Shown piece after piece: positions 20,612-30,012 of a stretch of 64,000 nucleotides of DNA (position 1 is the first letter of the stretch; each line of letters begins with the position of its first letter). The notes under the pieces were generated by a model. It did no database searches. It was not told where the DNA came from and worked only from the letters and a program-made list of their open reading frames with translations. A program made the translations under genes and the position numbers. Source of the stretch: Thermoplasmata archaeon (GTDB taxonomy: Archaea; Thermoplasmatota; Thermoplasmata; Lutacidiplasmatales; UBA184); assembly GCA_028864975.1 (NCBI GenBank), contig JAGWLG010000013.1:13252-77251 (forward strand), written 5' to 3'.

Positions 20612-21313
20612 ATGCCACAACTTCGTGTCGAGCTCCAGCTCCCCCCTTCGTTCTGGCTGACCCGGCTCAGCCAGGGCTTCTCTGAAACCTCGTTCTGGGT
20701 CGTCGCGCTCCAGCGCCATCGCTCTGGCATCGCGGTCGCCCTCCTTTCGGGCTCGGGATGGCCTCCCGGGGCGGTCACCTCTTTCCTGGAGAAGCACCCG
20801 GACGTCGTCCGGGTGCGGGCCCTCGAGCGGAGCCGCTCCACGACCATGCTCCGCGTCCGTTACCGGCGGCCGGTCCTCGTCCCGATCCTGGAAGAGATCG
20901 GGCTCCTCCCGCGCTTCCCGTTCGCCGTACGCTCGGGGGTGGCGTACTGGGAGATCCTGGGCGTCGAGCGCGCTTCGCACGGCATGATCCGGGTCCTCGA
21001 GCACCGACTACCGGGGAGCCGGGTGCGTTCCATCTCCTCCACCCCCACCTTCCCTTCCAGGACCCAGTTCACGCCCCGGCAGGAGCGGGCCTTCGAGCGC
21101 GCGCTCGCGCTCGGGTACTATGACTTTCCTCGCAGGATCACCCTCACTGACCTCGCAGAGACGCTGGGGGTCGACAAGGGGAGCCTCTCCGTTATGCTGG
21201 TCCGCATCGAAGCGCTCCTGGCCGACCACTGGAGGTCGACCGCATCGCTCCCCCGGCCCTGGGTCCCCATGGCCCCGAGACGCAGACGCAGCCGAGGGCG
21301 CGCTCCACGCTGA
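20612..21313 (+). CDS. bacterio-opsin activator (HTH_10)-type regulator
   Basis: FTPRQERAFERALALGYYDFPRRITLTDLAETLGVDKGSLSVML. Confidence 0.9.
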   Translation: MPQLRVELQLPPSFWLTRLSQGFSETSFWVVALQRHRSGIAVALLSGSGWPPGAVTSFLEKHPDVVRVRALERSRSTTMLRVRYRRPVLVPILEEIGLLPRFPFAVRSGVAYWEILGVERASHGMIRVLEHRLPGSRVRSISSTPTFPSRTQFTPRQERAFERALALGYYDFPRRITLTDLAETLGVDKGSLSVMLVRIEALLADHWRSTASLPRPWVPMAPRRRRSRGRAPR

Positions 21314-21431
21314 CCGATCGCCTTGGCTCCAAAGCGCTCCGAGGAGAATCTCACAGGACCCGGAGATCCGAGGGGGCCCGGAGATCCCCCCGATAGGCTT
21401 GCGAGGCGGAACGGCGAGGGCCACGACCCGG

Positions 21432-21707
21432 TCAATACCGGAAGGTGACGACACGGCACTCGTCGCACCGAAACCCTTCCATCCGGGGCGCCATTCGGCC
21501 GACCCCCAACGCCACGACAGGACGATCGCTGAACAGGTCCCAGCGCCCGGACCCATCCTCCCAGGCGGGGGCGAAGACTCCAATGAAATTGGAGGTCCGA
21601 CAGACCGTCAGCGAGCCCGAGCTCATGACTACGCCGCAGGCAGGACACTTCGGAGCTCCGGACAAGAACGGGAGCGGCTTGCCGGCGAATGGCCACTCGT
21701 GCAACAA
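21432..21707 (-). CDS. small zinc-ribbon protein (DUF6487-like)
   Basis: KCPACGVVMSSGSL...GFRCDECRVVTFRY. Confidence 0.7.
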   Translation of the reverse strand: MLHEWPFAGKPLPFLSGAPKCPACGVVMSSGSLTVCRTSNFIGVFAPAWEDGSGRWDLFSDRPVVALGVGRMAPRMEGFRCDECRVVTFRY

Positions 21708-21905
21708 GACCGTTTCGGCCCCAGCTATCTGGCGGCCTTCTGCTTGGGTGATCGAAGGACAAAGCTCGCCGAGGCGATCAAGGTGAAGAAAGGGGCGTCC
21801 CTCGGTGCCGGGACCTTCGCCGCCCGTCTCCTACGAAGTGGGCCAGCGGTGCGTCAGGCTCGTCCCCTAACCTCCCCTACGAGGCGAGCCTTGCGTCGAG
21901 GGTGT

Positions 21906-22229
21906 TCAGAGCGCCCGAGTGTGCATTCCTTCGAACCGCCGATACACCGTCCCTCTGGGACCGATGACCCAGAACTCGACCTTGGCGTTGTCGAAACGGT
22001 AGATTGCTCGCCAACCCAGAGGGTAGCCCGGACGAACGCCGAACTTCACCCGCCAGAACCCGGGGTGGTGGACCAGCCGTTTCACCACGGGCGGGGGAGG
22101 TGGATGAAGCGGGTCGCGGCAGACGCGGCGGCGCAGCTCGTTCAGTTCACGCTGGAGCGAGGGGTCCACCTTCGCGAGCCCGTCGAACTCCTCGGCCGCG
22201 GCGTAGACGAACTCGAAAGGGATGCTCAC
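21906..22229 (-). CDS. RelE/ParE-family toxin
   Basis: VKRL...FWRVKFG...WRAIYRFD...VIGPRGTVY; GTGA overlap with the upstream antitoxin. Confidence 0.8.
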   Translation of the reverse strand: MSIPFEFVYAAAEEFDGLAKVDPSLQRELNELRRRVCRDPLHPPPPPVVKRLVHHPGFWRVKFGVRPGYPLGWRAIYRFDNAKVEFWVIGPRGTVYRRFEGMHTRAL

Positions 22230-22522
22230 ACCACGAGGCCGTTGCGGCGCGTCACTTCCTCACCAGGAATGCGCGGCTGGTGCGCGCGGCGTTTCAGTTC
22301 GGAGCGCAGGCGTGGGGAGAGGCGACCCTTCTCAAGGGCGGCGTCGTCCGAGCCAGAGAAGGTGAAGAAGCTCGTGCGCTCCTTGAGCACCCGCGCGACC
22401 TCCTCGCGGCTCTTGCCTGAGATCGCGACCGAGACCACCTCGTCGTAGGTGGCCCCCGCGGGCTTGAGCTCCGCTAGCCGCCGGGCCGTCTCCGTCGAGA
22501 CCTGGATCGTCGTGGTCGCCAT
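22226..22522 (-). CDS. ribbon-helix-helix-type antitoxin
   Basis: TTIQVSTETARRLAELKPAGATYDEVV, typical of archaeal RHH antitoxins. Confidence 0.8.
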   Translation of the reverse strand: MATTTIQVSTETARRLAELKPAGATYDEVVSVAISGKSREEVARVLKERTSFFTFSGSDDAALEKGRLSPRLRSELKRRAHQPRIPGEEVTRRNGLVV

Positions 22523-22539
22523 CCAAGAACCCAGGCAGG

Positions 22540-22560
22540 CTATAGTCCTTATAGTTTATC
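22540..22560 (-). promoter_or_regulatory. TATA box/operator of the RelE-type TA operon
   Basis: AT-rich patch with a TATAGT direct repeat (22541-22546, 22550-22555), about 20-35 nt upstream of ATG 22522. Confidence 0.6.
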
Positions 22561-22611
22561 GACGCTGGCCCCACGCTCACCACGGGGCCCTCCCGAGGGG
22601 CGCCAGGCAGC

Positions 22612-22633
22612 GGAGCTCTGACGGCAGAGCTCC
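22612..22633. repeat. perfect 9-bp hairpin GGAGCTCTG-ACGG-CAGAGCTCC
   Basis: Inverted repeat in the intergenic region between two TA modules; a second stem GGCCCC...GGGGCC lies just upstream. Confidence 0.6.
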
Positions 22634-22959
22634 CCCTACGGGCTCTTCGGCGGTGGATGTCTGGCAGATCCCCGACGGAGAGGTCCCGGGGAGCGACACC
22701 GGGGTGAGCCTTGGGATGGCCCAGGTGATGGTCTCCTTTCATCTCGAAGGAGTTGGGACCCCCGGCCAGCGTCGTCTGGCCGAGGCGAGGGTCGAGTTCT
22801 CCGGAGGGACATGAGCCGACCCGACGACCGATGGCTCGGCCCCCCGGATGCCGTTCTTCTCCTCGAGGAACGGCACCGAACCGACCCCCTTCACCTCCCT
22901 TGGGCTGGGGCGGACCCACAAGCCGAGCGGTTTGAGTCCCCCGCCAAGCGTACTGCAGG

Positions 22960-23367
22960 TCACCGCCCCACATGTTGCTCGACCCATCGCAGGACACGCT
23001 CGGCCTGGGCCAGGGCACGTTCGGCTTCATCGGCGGAGAGTCCGTCTCCCCCATACTCCACCCGATTCTTGAGGTCCAGAACGGAGAGCACCCGCCGCGT
23101 GACCACTTCCAGCCCCTCGGTCGGAGCGTCTTTCATCAACCGAACGACGTCTCGGTGGTCCTCCCCCTTGTTCCTGAGGCCGAGCTTGCGTACGGTGAAC
23201 GCGTCGCAGGCGGAGATGACGGCGTGTATCGCGGCCAGTCCTGCGCCTGAATACCGTAGGTCTTCGAGCGCCCATCGAGCCATCCCCTCAAACTCACGAG
23301 CTTTGGACAGGTAGTTCGTCGACTCTCTGGAGGCGACCTGCTCGGTCCTGGGGGGAGGTCGTGTCAT
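22960..23367 (-). CDS. HEPN-domain protein
   Basis: YLSKAREF..MA...AIHAVISACDA...GEDH...LKNRVEYG; ATGA overlap with the MNT gene. Confidence 0.85.
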   Translation of the reverse strand: MTRPPPRTEQVASRESTNYLSKAREFEGMARWALEDLRYSGAGLAAIHAVISACDAFTVRKLGLRNKGEDHRDVVRLMKDAPTEGLEVVTRRVLSVLDLKNRVEYGGDGLSADEAERALAQAERVLRWVEQHVGR

Positions 23368-23960
23368 GACGATCTCAGCAGGTCCACGCCCTCGCGCTCC
23401 ACGCTCTCCAAGAAGCTCGGGCTGATGCGCCCATGAAGGTCATCTCGGGTCACGATCAGCGGAGCCAGGACGAGGCCGTATCGATCCCGGATCTTCTGGC
23501 GGACCGGAAAGAGCAGGTCCTCCACGCCTTGGCGATCGGACGCCCGTCGAAGTTCGATGAGGATGTCCACGTCGCTCCAGCCTTTCTCAGTCCCGCGAGC
23601 CACGGAACCGAACAGCAGGGCCCGCCGCACCCGTGGGGAGCGCAGGCCCTCCGTCAGCTCCCTCTTGAGCTCGCTCTCCAGGGCCTCCTCGGCTCGGAAG
23701 AGGGCGCGAAGAGGCCCGAGGAGGGCATTCTTCGGCTCAAGCGTCCATTGATGAATGCGACCCACGACCCGACGGTCGATCACCCCCTCGCCTTCGAGAA
23801 GCGCCAACGCACCCTGAACATGGGAGAGAGCCAAACGACCGCTGCGAGCCAATTCGGGAGCGGTGAACGGCTCCCCCGGGGATCGCGTCAGCACTCGGAG
23901 AACATGGAGGGTACCTTTCCCCCTCAGGAGATCATCCAGTGGGCGGTGAACTCTCATCAA
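23364..23960 (-). CDS. HTH + minimal nucleotidyltransferase (MNT) antitoxin
   Basis: N-terminal ArsR-like wHTH; LLFGSVARG...SDVDILI. Confidence 0.9.
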   Translation of the reverse strand: MMRVHRPLDDLLRGKGTLHVLRVLTRSPGEPFTAPELARSGRLALSHVQGALALLEGEGVIDRRVVGRIHQWTLEPKNALLGPLRALFRAEEALESELKRELTEGLRSPRVRRALLFGSVARGTEKGWSDVDILIELRRASDRQGVEDLLFPVRQKIRDRYGLVLAPLIVTRDDLHGRISPSFLESVEREGVDLLRSS

Positions 23961-23966
23961 CCTGGA

Positions 23967-23988
23967 TATAGGTCGTACAACCTATAAA
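23967..23988 (-). promoter_or_regulatory. TATA box plus operator palindrome of the MNT-HEPN operon
   Basis: TATAGGT-CGTACA-ACCTATA (23967-23986) overlapping minus-strand TTTATA (23983-23988). Confidence 0.7.
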
Positions 23989-24397
23989 GAGGTCGTAGGC
24001 GCCAAGGCGGATTCGAACGCCCGTAATGGCAGAGTTGTGGGCCCGCCGTACGACTTTCTATGATCGGGGACGAGGCACCAACTCAAGATGGCGCGCGCTA
24101 CCCGCGCTCGCCTTCGCGTGGTCGTGCCGCCCCCCAGGATCCTACGGACCTGTGGGCGCGGGCAAGGTTGCGCACGCGGTCCCGCGCCTCGGGCGGGGCC
24201 CGCACGCTACAGCGGGAAGCGCGCGGGCTTGTGTTCATCGGGACGGACAGACCGAGAAGAACGCCTCTCGATCGCGATGGGGCTCGCCCTGGGGTGTTCA
24301 ACCATCGAGCGTGGGGCCCTTTCCCTCTCCTCGGGCCGGTCCCTGGGGGTGGTCGGCGAGGGGCCGGGGCCAGCGCGTGGGGTCCTGAGGCGCGCCG

Positions 24398-24709
24398 TCA
24401 CGCGTTCGCCCGCATCGCGTCCTCGACCATCTCGAGGGCGAGCGCCACGTCCTCGGGGCCGTTCAAGGGAACCGTCGCCCAATCCGCCGAGGGACCCCTC
24501 GTCTTCACACGGTGGTCGAGGTTCCCTTCTGCCTTCAGTTCTTTGATCCGCTGCCGGATCAGCCGGACATCCATGCGGCTGTCGCCATGGAAGTGGGCGA
24601 TCTCTCGTCCCCCAACGAAGTAAGAGTGGCTGTCCCCGTACCTCGAGGGGCGCCGGGAGAGGTCCGCAAGGGCACACAGCCTCCGCTCCAAGTCTTCTCG
24701 AACCGTCAT
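24398..24709 (-). CDS. DUF5519/luciferase-like family small protein
   Basis: YFVGGREIAHFHGD..MDVRL...SADW...EDVALALEMV; ATG 24709 chosen within ORF 24398..24859. Confidence 0.7.
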   Translation of the reverse strand: MTVREDLERRLCALADLSRRPSRYGDSHSYFVGGREIAHFHGDSRMDVRLIRQRIKELKAEGNLDHRVKTRGPSADWATVPLNGPEDVALALEMVEDAMRANA

Positions 24710-24996
24710 GTCCGCCGGGGAGAATACCGAACGCTCAGCATAGTCCTTCCCCGCCGCGAGCGGAATCCCCCCATCCAGAGGTGTGTAGGAATCTGCCGAT
24801 GGCGAGGGAAACCTCCAGGGAATTTCTGTGGCTGTGAGCCGATGGAGGGCACGCGTCACCTGCTCCCCCGATACGAACCGCGGGGTGCCGAGGGCGGATC
24901 GGGGATCGAGCGAAGGCGCGGCCGCCCTGGAGTTCTTCCCCCGGTAGGGTCACCTGCGCAACAGCTAGATGAGGAGATGCGCGCTGCCCTCGACGA

Positions 24997-26169
24997 ATGT
25001 TCAAGGAGCTGAGCGAGCTTCGTCACATCGCTTCCTTCCGCCGGGTGTTCCTTCCGCTCTCAGCGACCTTCTTCGTCTACACCTTCGGCTGGGGGATCGT
25101 CTCCCCCATCTTCTCGATCTACGTCAACCAGGTGACGGGCAGCCCCACGCTGACCGGCCTCGTCCTTTCCCTGACCACGATGGCCGGGATCTTCCTCAAC
25201 ATCCCGTTCGGCATCCTAGAGGACCGCCTCAACATGAAGAGGGTCCTCCAGGTGACCCTCCTGGCGTACGCGGGCCTCGCGGTCCTCTACCCCCTTGCCC
25301 ACACCGTACCCTCGCTCATCGCACTCAGCATCGCCCGTGGAGTGGCCTCCTCCTTCCTGTGGCTGACCTCCTGGGCCTACGTCCTCAGCTACGCGGAGAA
25401 GCAGGTCAAGGGGAAGGAGACCGGGTTCTTCTCCGACATGAACGACCTGGCCTCGGCGGTCTCCCCGGTGCTCGGAGGCTTCGTGGCGCTCCTTTCCTTC
25501 TTCCTTCCGTTCTACCTCCTGGCCGTCACCAGCCTCGCGGCATGCGGGATAGCGACCGCCTTCCTGCACGAGTCTCCCCCGCCTCAGCGCACACCTTGGC
25601 GGACCCAGGTGGATACGGTCGCCCGGTACTTCCGGGACCGGCGCTTCGTCAAGACGATCCTCCTGGTGGTGGTCTTCTACGCGATCATCAACGTCTACTA
25701 CGGGTTCCTCGCGATCCTGCTCAATGGCGAGGGTCTCGGGTACGACGCCATCGGTGTCGTGCTGACCGTGGCGCTGGCCCCCGCGGTCGCTCTCGAGGTT
25801 CCGATGGGCAATCTCGTCGACCGCATCGGCATCCGCCGCACGCTCGCCATCGCAATCGCCGCTACGGCGGGCACGGCGCTTCTCATCCCTTTCTCTGGCG
25901 ACCTGTACTACGCTTTGGTGGTCGTCACGGCCTTCACGGTGAGCTACACCGCGATCTTCATCGCGCTCTACTCGCGAATGTCCGACGTGATGCAGAAGGA
26001 CAAGGTCGCGATGACGGGGGCGATCGCGACCTTCAAGGACCTCGGGTACACTCTGGGGCCGCTGTCCGCGGGATTCCTTATCCCGGTGGTGGGCCTTCAT
26101 GGGACGTTCCTGGGTGCGGGGGCAGCCTTCCTCGTGCTGCTGCCGCTCGCGCTCACGCTTCACGACTAG
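24997..26169 (+). CDS. MFS transporter
   Basis: About 12 TM helices; PFGILEDRLNMK and MGNLVDRIGIRR motif-A variants. Confidence 0.92.
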   Translation: MFKELSELRHIASFRRVFLPLSATFFVYTFGWGIVSPIFSIYVNQVTGSPTLTGLVLSLTTMAGIFLNIPFGILEDRLNMKRVLQVTLLAYAGLAVLYPLAHTVPSLIALSIARGVASSFLWLTSWAYVLSYAEKQVKGKETGFFSDMNDLASAVSPVLGGFVALLSFFLPFYLLAVTSLAACGIATAFLHESPPPQRTPWRTQVDTVARYFRDRRFVKTILLVVVFYAIINVYYGFLAILLNGEGLGYDAIGVVLTVALAPAVALEVPMGNLVDRIGIRRTLAIAIAATAGTALLIPFSGDLYYALVVVTAFTVSYTAIFIALYSRMSDVMQKDKVAMTGAIATFKDLGYTLGPLSAGFLIPVVGLHGTFLGAGAAFLVLLPLALTLHD

Positions 26170-26412
26170 GGTCGCGGGCCGGTTCCGAGGCGGGTTCGGC
26201 CCGAAGCGGAGCGGCCAGGAAGGCCCGGACGACTCGAACTCCAGCCGCCAGAACCCGGGTGGTGGGCCAGGCGTTTCGCCGCGGTGGGGGGGGGCGGCTG
26301 AAGGGGGACGGCCTCGCGTTCGCCGTAGCTGCGACGGCGACGTTGCTCCTGGTGGTGGTCGCGAGAGGGCTCGGGCCCCGACGGGACCGAAGTGCGCTCG
26401 AGCGGTTCTGAA

Positions 26413-29400
26413 CTAGGCTCGGGAGGGCCTCGGAGCGAGGGCATCGGACGAAGGGCCGCGAGTGTACCTCGCGTAGAGCCCCAGGGCGAGCGCCTCCACC
26501 ATGAGGGCGAGCGCGATCGGCAGGAGCGGGGCGCCCATGAACGAGGGGCCGCTCCCTCCGAGGACGACCTGGGTGATCCCCGTCGCGACCGAGGCCGGGG
26601 AGGCGGAGGACGCGCTCACCGCGAGGCTCGCGGTGCAGCTCGGGCCGCTGCCGGGGTTCCCGTTGGAGAGCTGGGGCTCGAAGCAGAAGCCGCCGGAGCC
26701 TCCTGACCCGCTCACGACGACCCAGTAGGTTCCCCAACCGCCGTACTGTCCCTGCGCCTGGGTGAAGAGCCCGATCTGGATCTGCGCGTTGGGGCCGTTC
26801 GCGGTCTGCTGGGCGCTCGAAATGCTGGGCGTGCCGCCCATCCCCGACCCCATCTGGAAGACGGGCTGGGTCCCGGAGACGGTTCCGTCGTTCTCGTAGA
26901 CGTTGACGTAGTACCAGTTGTTCCACTGCGTCTGCGAGAGCGTGAACTGGAGGACCGTAGTCTGCCCCTGGTTGAGGGAGCAGCTCTTCACGCTCCCGAA
27001 CGCGACGGAGTAGGTCGACCCCGCACAGGAGGCGGTGCCCCCCGAAGCGCTCGCGGTGATGGCGACGGAGGAGGTCGCCGAGTGGCCGGCACTGTCCTTC
27101 GCCGTGAGGGTCGCGGTGAAGGTGCCCGCGCTGGCGTAGGTGTGCGAGGGGTTCTGGGCGCTGCTCGAGGCACCGTCGCCGAAGGCCCAACTGTAGGTGT
27201 AGGGCGAGGTCCCCCCGGAGGCTGAGCCCGAGAAGACCACCGCGAGAGGTGCGGTCCCGGAGGTCGGGGTCGCTGAGGCCGACGCGGTGAGCGGGTTGCC
27301 TCCGCCTCCTCCGCCCCCACCTCCACCCCCGCCGCCTGCGCACGCCGGGGAGCTTCCGGGGGCGCTGTTCTCGAGCTGCAGAACGAAACAGAAGCTTCCC
27401 GAGTCGCCCGCAGAGGCCTGGAGCAGGAACTCGTAGGTCCCCCAGCCCCCGTACTGACCGCTCGCCTGGACGTTCAAGTTCACGGATAGCGCGGCGTTCG
27501 GCCCGGCTTGGGACTGGGAGTTGGAAGTGGGCGTGGGAGCGCTGCCCATCGCGGCGTAGACCGTGAAGACCGGCTGGCTCCCGCTCACGGTCCCATCGGT
27601 CTCGTAAGCGTTGAGGTAGTACCAGTTGTTCCATTGGGACTGGGAGAGCGCGGCAGAGTAGAGCGCGCACCCGCCGGTGGGGGCCGAGCCGCTCACCTGG
27701 GTGCCGATGGAGATCGTGGTCGGTGTCGTGCAGCTGCTGCCTCCCCCTCCGCCACCCCCGCCGGAAGTGACCGTGATGGTCTGGACCTGCCCCTGGGCGG
27801 TGGCGCCCTTGCTGTCGGTCACGGTGAGGGTCGCGCTGTAGGTCCCGGCGCTCGTGTAGGTGTGCGAGGGGTTCTGCGCGGTGCTCGTCGCTCCGTCGCC
27901 GAAGGCCCAACTGTAGCTGTAGGGCGCGGTCCCGCCCGAGGCGGACCCCGCAAAGCTGACCGCGAGCGGTGCCGTACCTGAGAGCGGGTTCGCGGCCGTC
28001 GATGCGGTGAGCGGGTTGCCTCCTCCGCCGCCGCCTCCGCTCGACCAGGCCGAGGCGAGCGCTCCGATGTCCGGGGTCCCGACCCCGGTCGCGGCGTCCC
28101 AGCCTACCCCGGCGGAGTACTGCCCGTTGCTGCCGGAGGTGATGTCGTGGAAGAGCGAGGAGTACGAGGAGCCCTTCGCGAGCGAATAGAGCGTGGGCGC
28201 GGCGAACCCGCTCGCCCCCGAGCTCTGGTAGATGAGGTCGAGCGCGGCCGCCCACATCGGGCAGGAGAGCGAGGTCCCCCCGATCTGCTGGCTCTGGCCG
28301 TTCGTGATGACGGGGACCCCGGTGTTCGGGTCCGCGTCCATCGCCACGTCAGGGTCTCCACGCTGGCCGCTCGAGCACTGGGAGGAAAGGCCCGGCATCC
28401 CGCTCTGCCAGGATGGAGGTGCGTCATTGGTGTCGCACCCGCCCCCCGTCCCCTGGTTGCTGGCGCAGTTCCAGACGGTCTCGCTCCCGTAGGCGTTCCC
28501 GCTGGGGGTGATGGAGGTCCCTCCGACCCCGAGCCCGTCGGGCTCGGCCGCGGGGTAGTCCACGGCCGCGCACGCGTCTCCGGAGGACGCGAGGAGCGTG
28601 ACGCCCGCCGACATGGCCGACTGCCATATCGAGTGGTAGGGCCCTCCGCCGCCCCAGCTGTTCGACCCGAAGCCCAGGTGCCAGGCCTGCGCGTTGTTGA
28701 CGAAGGTCTGGTCGCAGACGGAAGGGTCGTTGTTGTCGAGACAGACGTAGAGGGTGGCGCCCGGGGCGATCACGTGGGCCCACTGGATGTCGAGGTCCGT
28801 CTCTCCGCCCCATCCCTGGTTCCCCGGGGAGCAGGTGGTTGCCCCTGAGCCCACATAGTTCACCGTTGCCGAAGGGAGCCCGTACTGGGAATCGAACTGG
28901 TTGAGGTCGCTCGTGTAGGTGCTCGTGCCCTCCGAGGGGTCGCACATCTCGGCGAGCCCGATGGCCCACGCCGAGCCCGTGTCGCCTCCGCTGATCAGGC
29001 TCGCCGCGTCGTAGAACCCGCGCATCGTGGCGGGCGAGGTCGAGGCCGCGACGATCCCCGGGACCACATGGAAGTCCGGGTGGGCGAGGTCGAACTGGTT
29101 CAGTCCATGGAAAGCGAGCACCGCTCCCGCGAGCGACGCCGGAAGCGAGGGTGCCCCCGAAGGCGCCATGCCGCTCTTCGTCCCGAGCTGGTAGTTGGTG
29201 AGGGTGAGATGGAGCGCCGCGTCGACCTGTCCCGCGCTGCCGCTCACACGGTAGAGCAGAGGCCCGTCCGTCGGGGTCACCGTGAGGCCCTTTTGGGCAA
29301 GGTAGGTCGTGAGCCCGTTCACCTGAGAGGCCGACGGGCCGAAGTCGGAGACGAACCGGTCGAGGGGGAGATAGTGGTGATAGTTGGAGGAGGACGGGTC

Positions 29401-29781
29401 GAAGAGCCCGTTCTCGTAGCTTTGCAAGGCGGGCGAGTTCGGCAGGTTGAGCTCGATGGTGAAGCTCACGGGGACGGAGGAGGAGACGAGGCCCAGCGAG
29501 GACGCGCCGGAGGGGGCCAGCGCATCCGCCTGCTTGACCGAGACGAGGCCGCTCGGGGGGGCGAGCGGCGCGGAGGTCGCCCCGAAGAGGACGAACCCCG
29601 AAGGGGAGGAGGAGAGGGTGGGGACGACCCAGGACTCGAGGAACACGAGCACCAGGAAGCTCGCGAGAAGGGCCGCCGCGAACCGAGTCCCGGTCATCCG
29701 CGGCAACGAGGGGACGAGCGCCGACCCCGTCCGGGGGCGATGTCCTCCGGCGTCGGGGCGGGGCCAGGCCCGGTAGACCAT
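26413..29781 (-). CDS. S53 (sedolisin) serine protease 2 with two PKD domains, two copies of a Trp/Tyr-rich beta domain, poly-Gly linkers and C-terminal TM
   Basis: ETDLD, ASSGD, GGTSLSCP, GWDAATGVGTP; FGDG PKD motifs; duplicated QWNNWYY...QYGGWGTY. Start chosen within ORF 26413..29973. Confidence 0.92.
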   Translation of the reverse strand: MVYRAWPRPDAGGHRPRTGSALVPSLPRMTGTRFAAALLASFLVLVFLESWVVPTLSSSPSGFVLFGATSAPLAPPSGLVSVKQADALAPSGASSLGLVSSSVPVSFTIELNLPNSPALQSYENGLFDPSSSNYHHYLPLDRFVSDFGPSASQVNGLTTYLAQKGLTVTPTDGPLLYRVSGSAGQVDAALHLTLTNYQLGTKSGMAPSGAPSLPASLAGAVLAFHGLNQFDLAHPDFHVVPGIVAASTSPATMRGFYDAASLISGGDTGSAWAIGLAEMCDPSEGTSTYTSDLNQFDSQYGLPSATVNYVGSGATTCSPGNQGWGGETDLDIQWAHVIAPGATLYVCLDNNDPSVCDQTFVNNAQAWHLGFGSNSWGGGGPYHSIWQSAMSAGVTLLASSGDACAAVDYPAAEPDGLGVGGTSITPSGNAYGSETVWNCASNQGTGGGCDTNDAPPSWQSGMPGLSSQCSSGQRGDPDVAMDADPNTGVPVITNGQSQQIGGTSLSCPMWAAALDLIYQSSGASGFAAPTLYSLAKGSSYSSLFHDITSGSNGQYSAGVGWDAATGVGTPDIGALASAWSSGGGGGGGNPLTASTAANPLSGTAPLAVSFAGSASGGTAPYSYSWAFGDGATSTAQNPSHTYTSAGTYSATLTVTDSKGATAQGQVQTITVTSGGGGGGGGSSCTTPTTISIGTQVSGSAPTGGCALYSAALSQSQWNNWYYLNAYETDGTVSGSQPVFTVYAAMGSAPTPTSNSQSQAGPNAALSVNLNVQASGQYGGWGTYEFLLQASAGDSGSFCFVLQLENSAPGSSPACAGGGGGGGGGGGGGNPLTASASATPTSGTAPLAVVFSGSASGGTSPYTYSWAFGDGASSSAQNPSHTYASAGTFTATLTAKDSAGHSATSSVAITASASGGTASCAGSTYSVAFGSVKSCSLNQGQTTVLQFTLSQTQWNNWYYVNVYENDGTVSGTQPVFQMGSGMGGTPSISSAQQTANGPNAQIQIGLFTQAQGQYGGWGTYWVVVSGSGGSGGFCFEPQLSNGNPGSGPSCTASLAVSASSASPASVATGITQVVLGGSGPSFMGAPLLPIALALMVEALALGLYARYTRGPSSDALAPRPSRA

Positions 29782-29882
29782 GGTGCTACGGCCTCGATGT
29801 TCGAGGTCCGGGGCGCGGGCGGGGCCCGGGGTCCCTGAGTTTCCGTAGTAGGCGAATCGCGTGTCACGCCGCGGAGAGCCGT

Positions 29883-29900
29883 GTGTCGTCATGACAACAC
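29883..29900. promoter_or_regulatory. near-perfect 18-bp palindrome upstream of S53 protease 2
   Basis: GTGTCGTCATGACAACAC, one mismatched pair. Confidence 0.45.
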
Positions 29901-30012
29901 AACCTAAGGTGACGCGTGCTGAGCCGCTACATAACACGCTCGCCGCGTGGAACAGAATTTGCACGTGACGCATACAGCCCGGGAGCTGCGAAACCCGGAG
30001 CGAGCCCGCTGC

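Noticed and set aside
22560-22960. SRP RNA or RNase P RNA in the structured intergenic region
   Set aside because: Hairpins are present, but the conserved SRP helix-8 and RNase P P4 motifs are not.
23998-24100. Intact tRNA on the minus strand (GTTCGAATCC T-loop)
   Set aside because: The T-stem mispairs (GGGCG vs CCGCC), and no matching 5' acceptor strand, D arm or anticodon arm could be built; kept only as a possible remnant.
26153-28255. Long antisense and alternative-frame ORFs (e.g. 26153..28255 +, 61250..63352 -, 43671..45272 -, 18389..20104 -, 3401..4720 +)
   Set aside because: Arg/Gly/Pro-rich shadows of well-supported genes, expected at high GC; no motifs.
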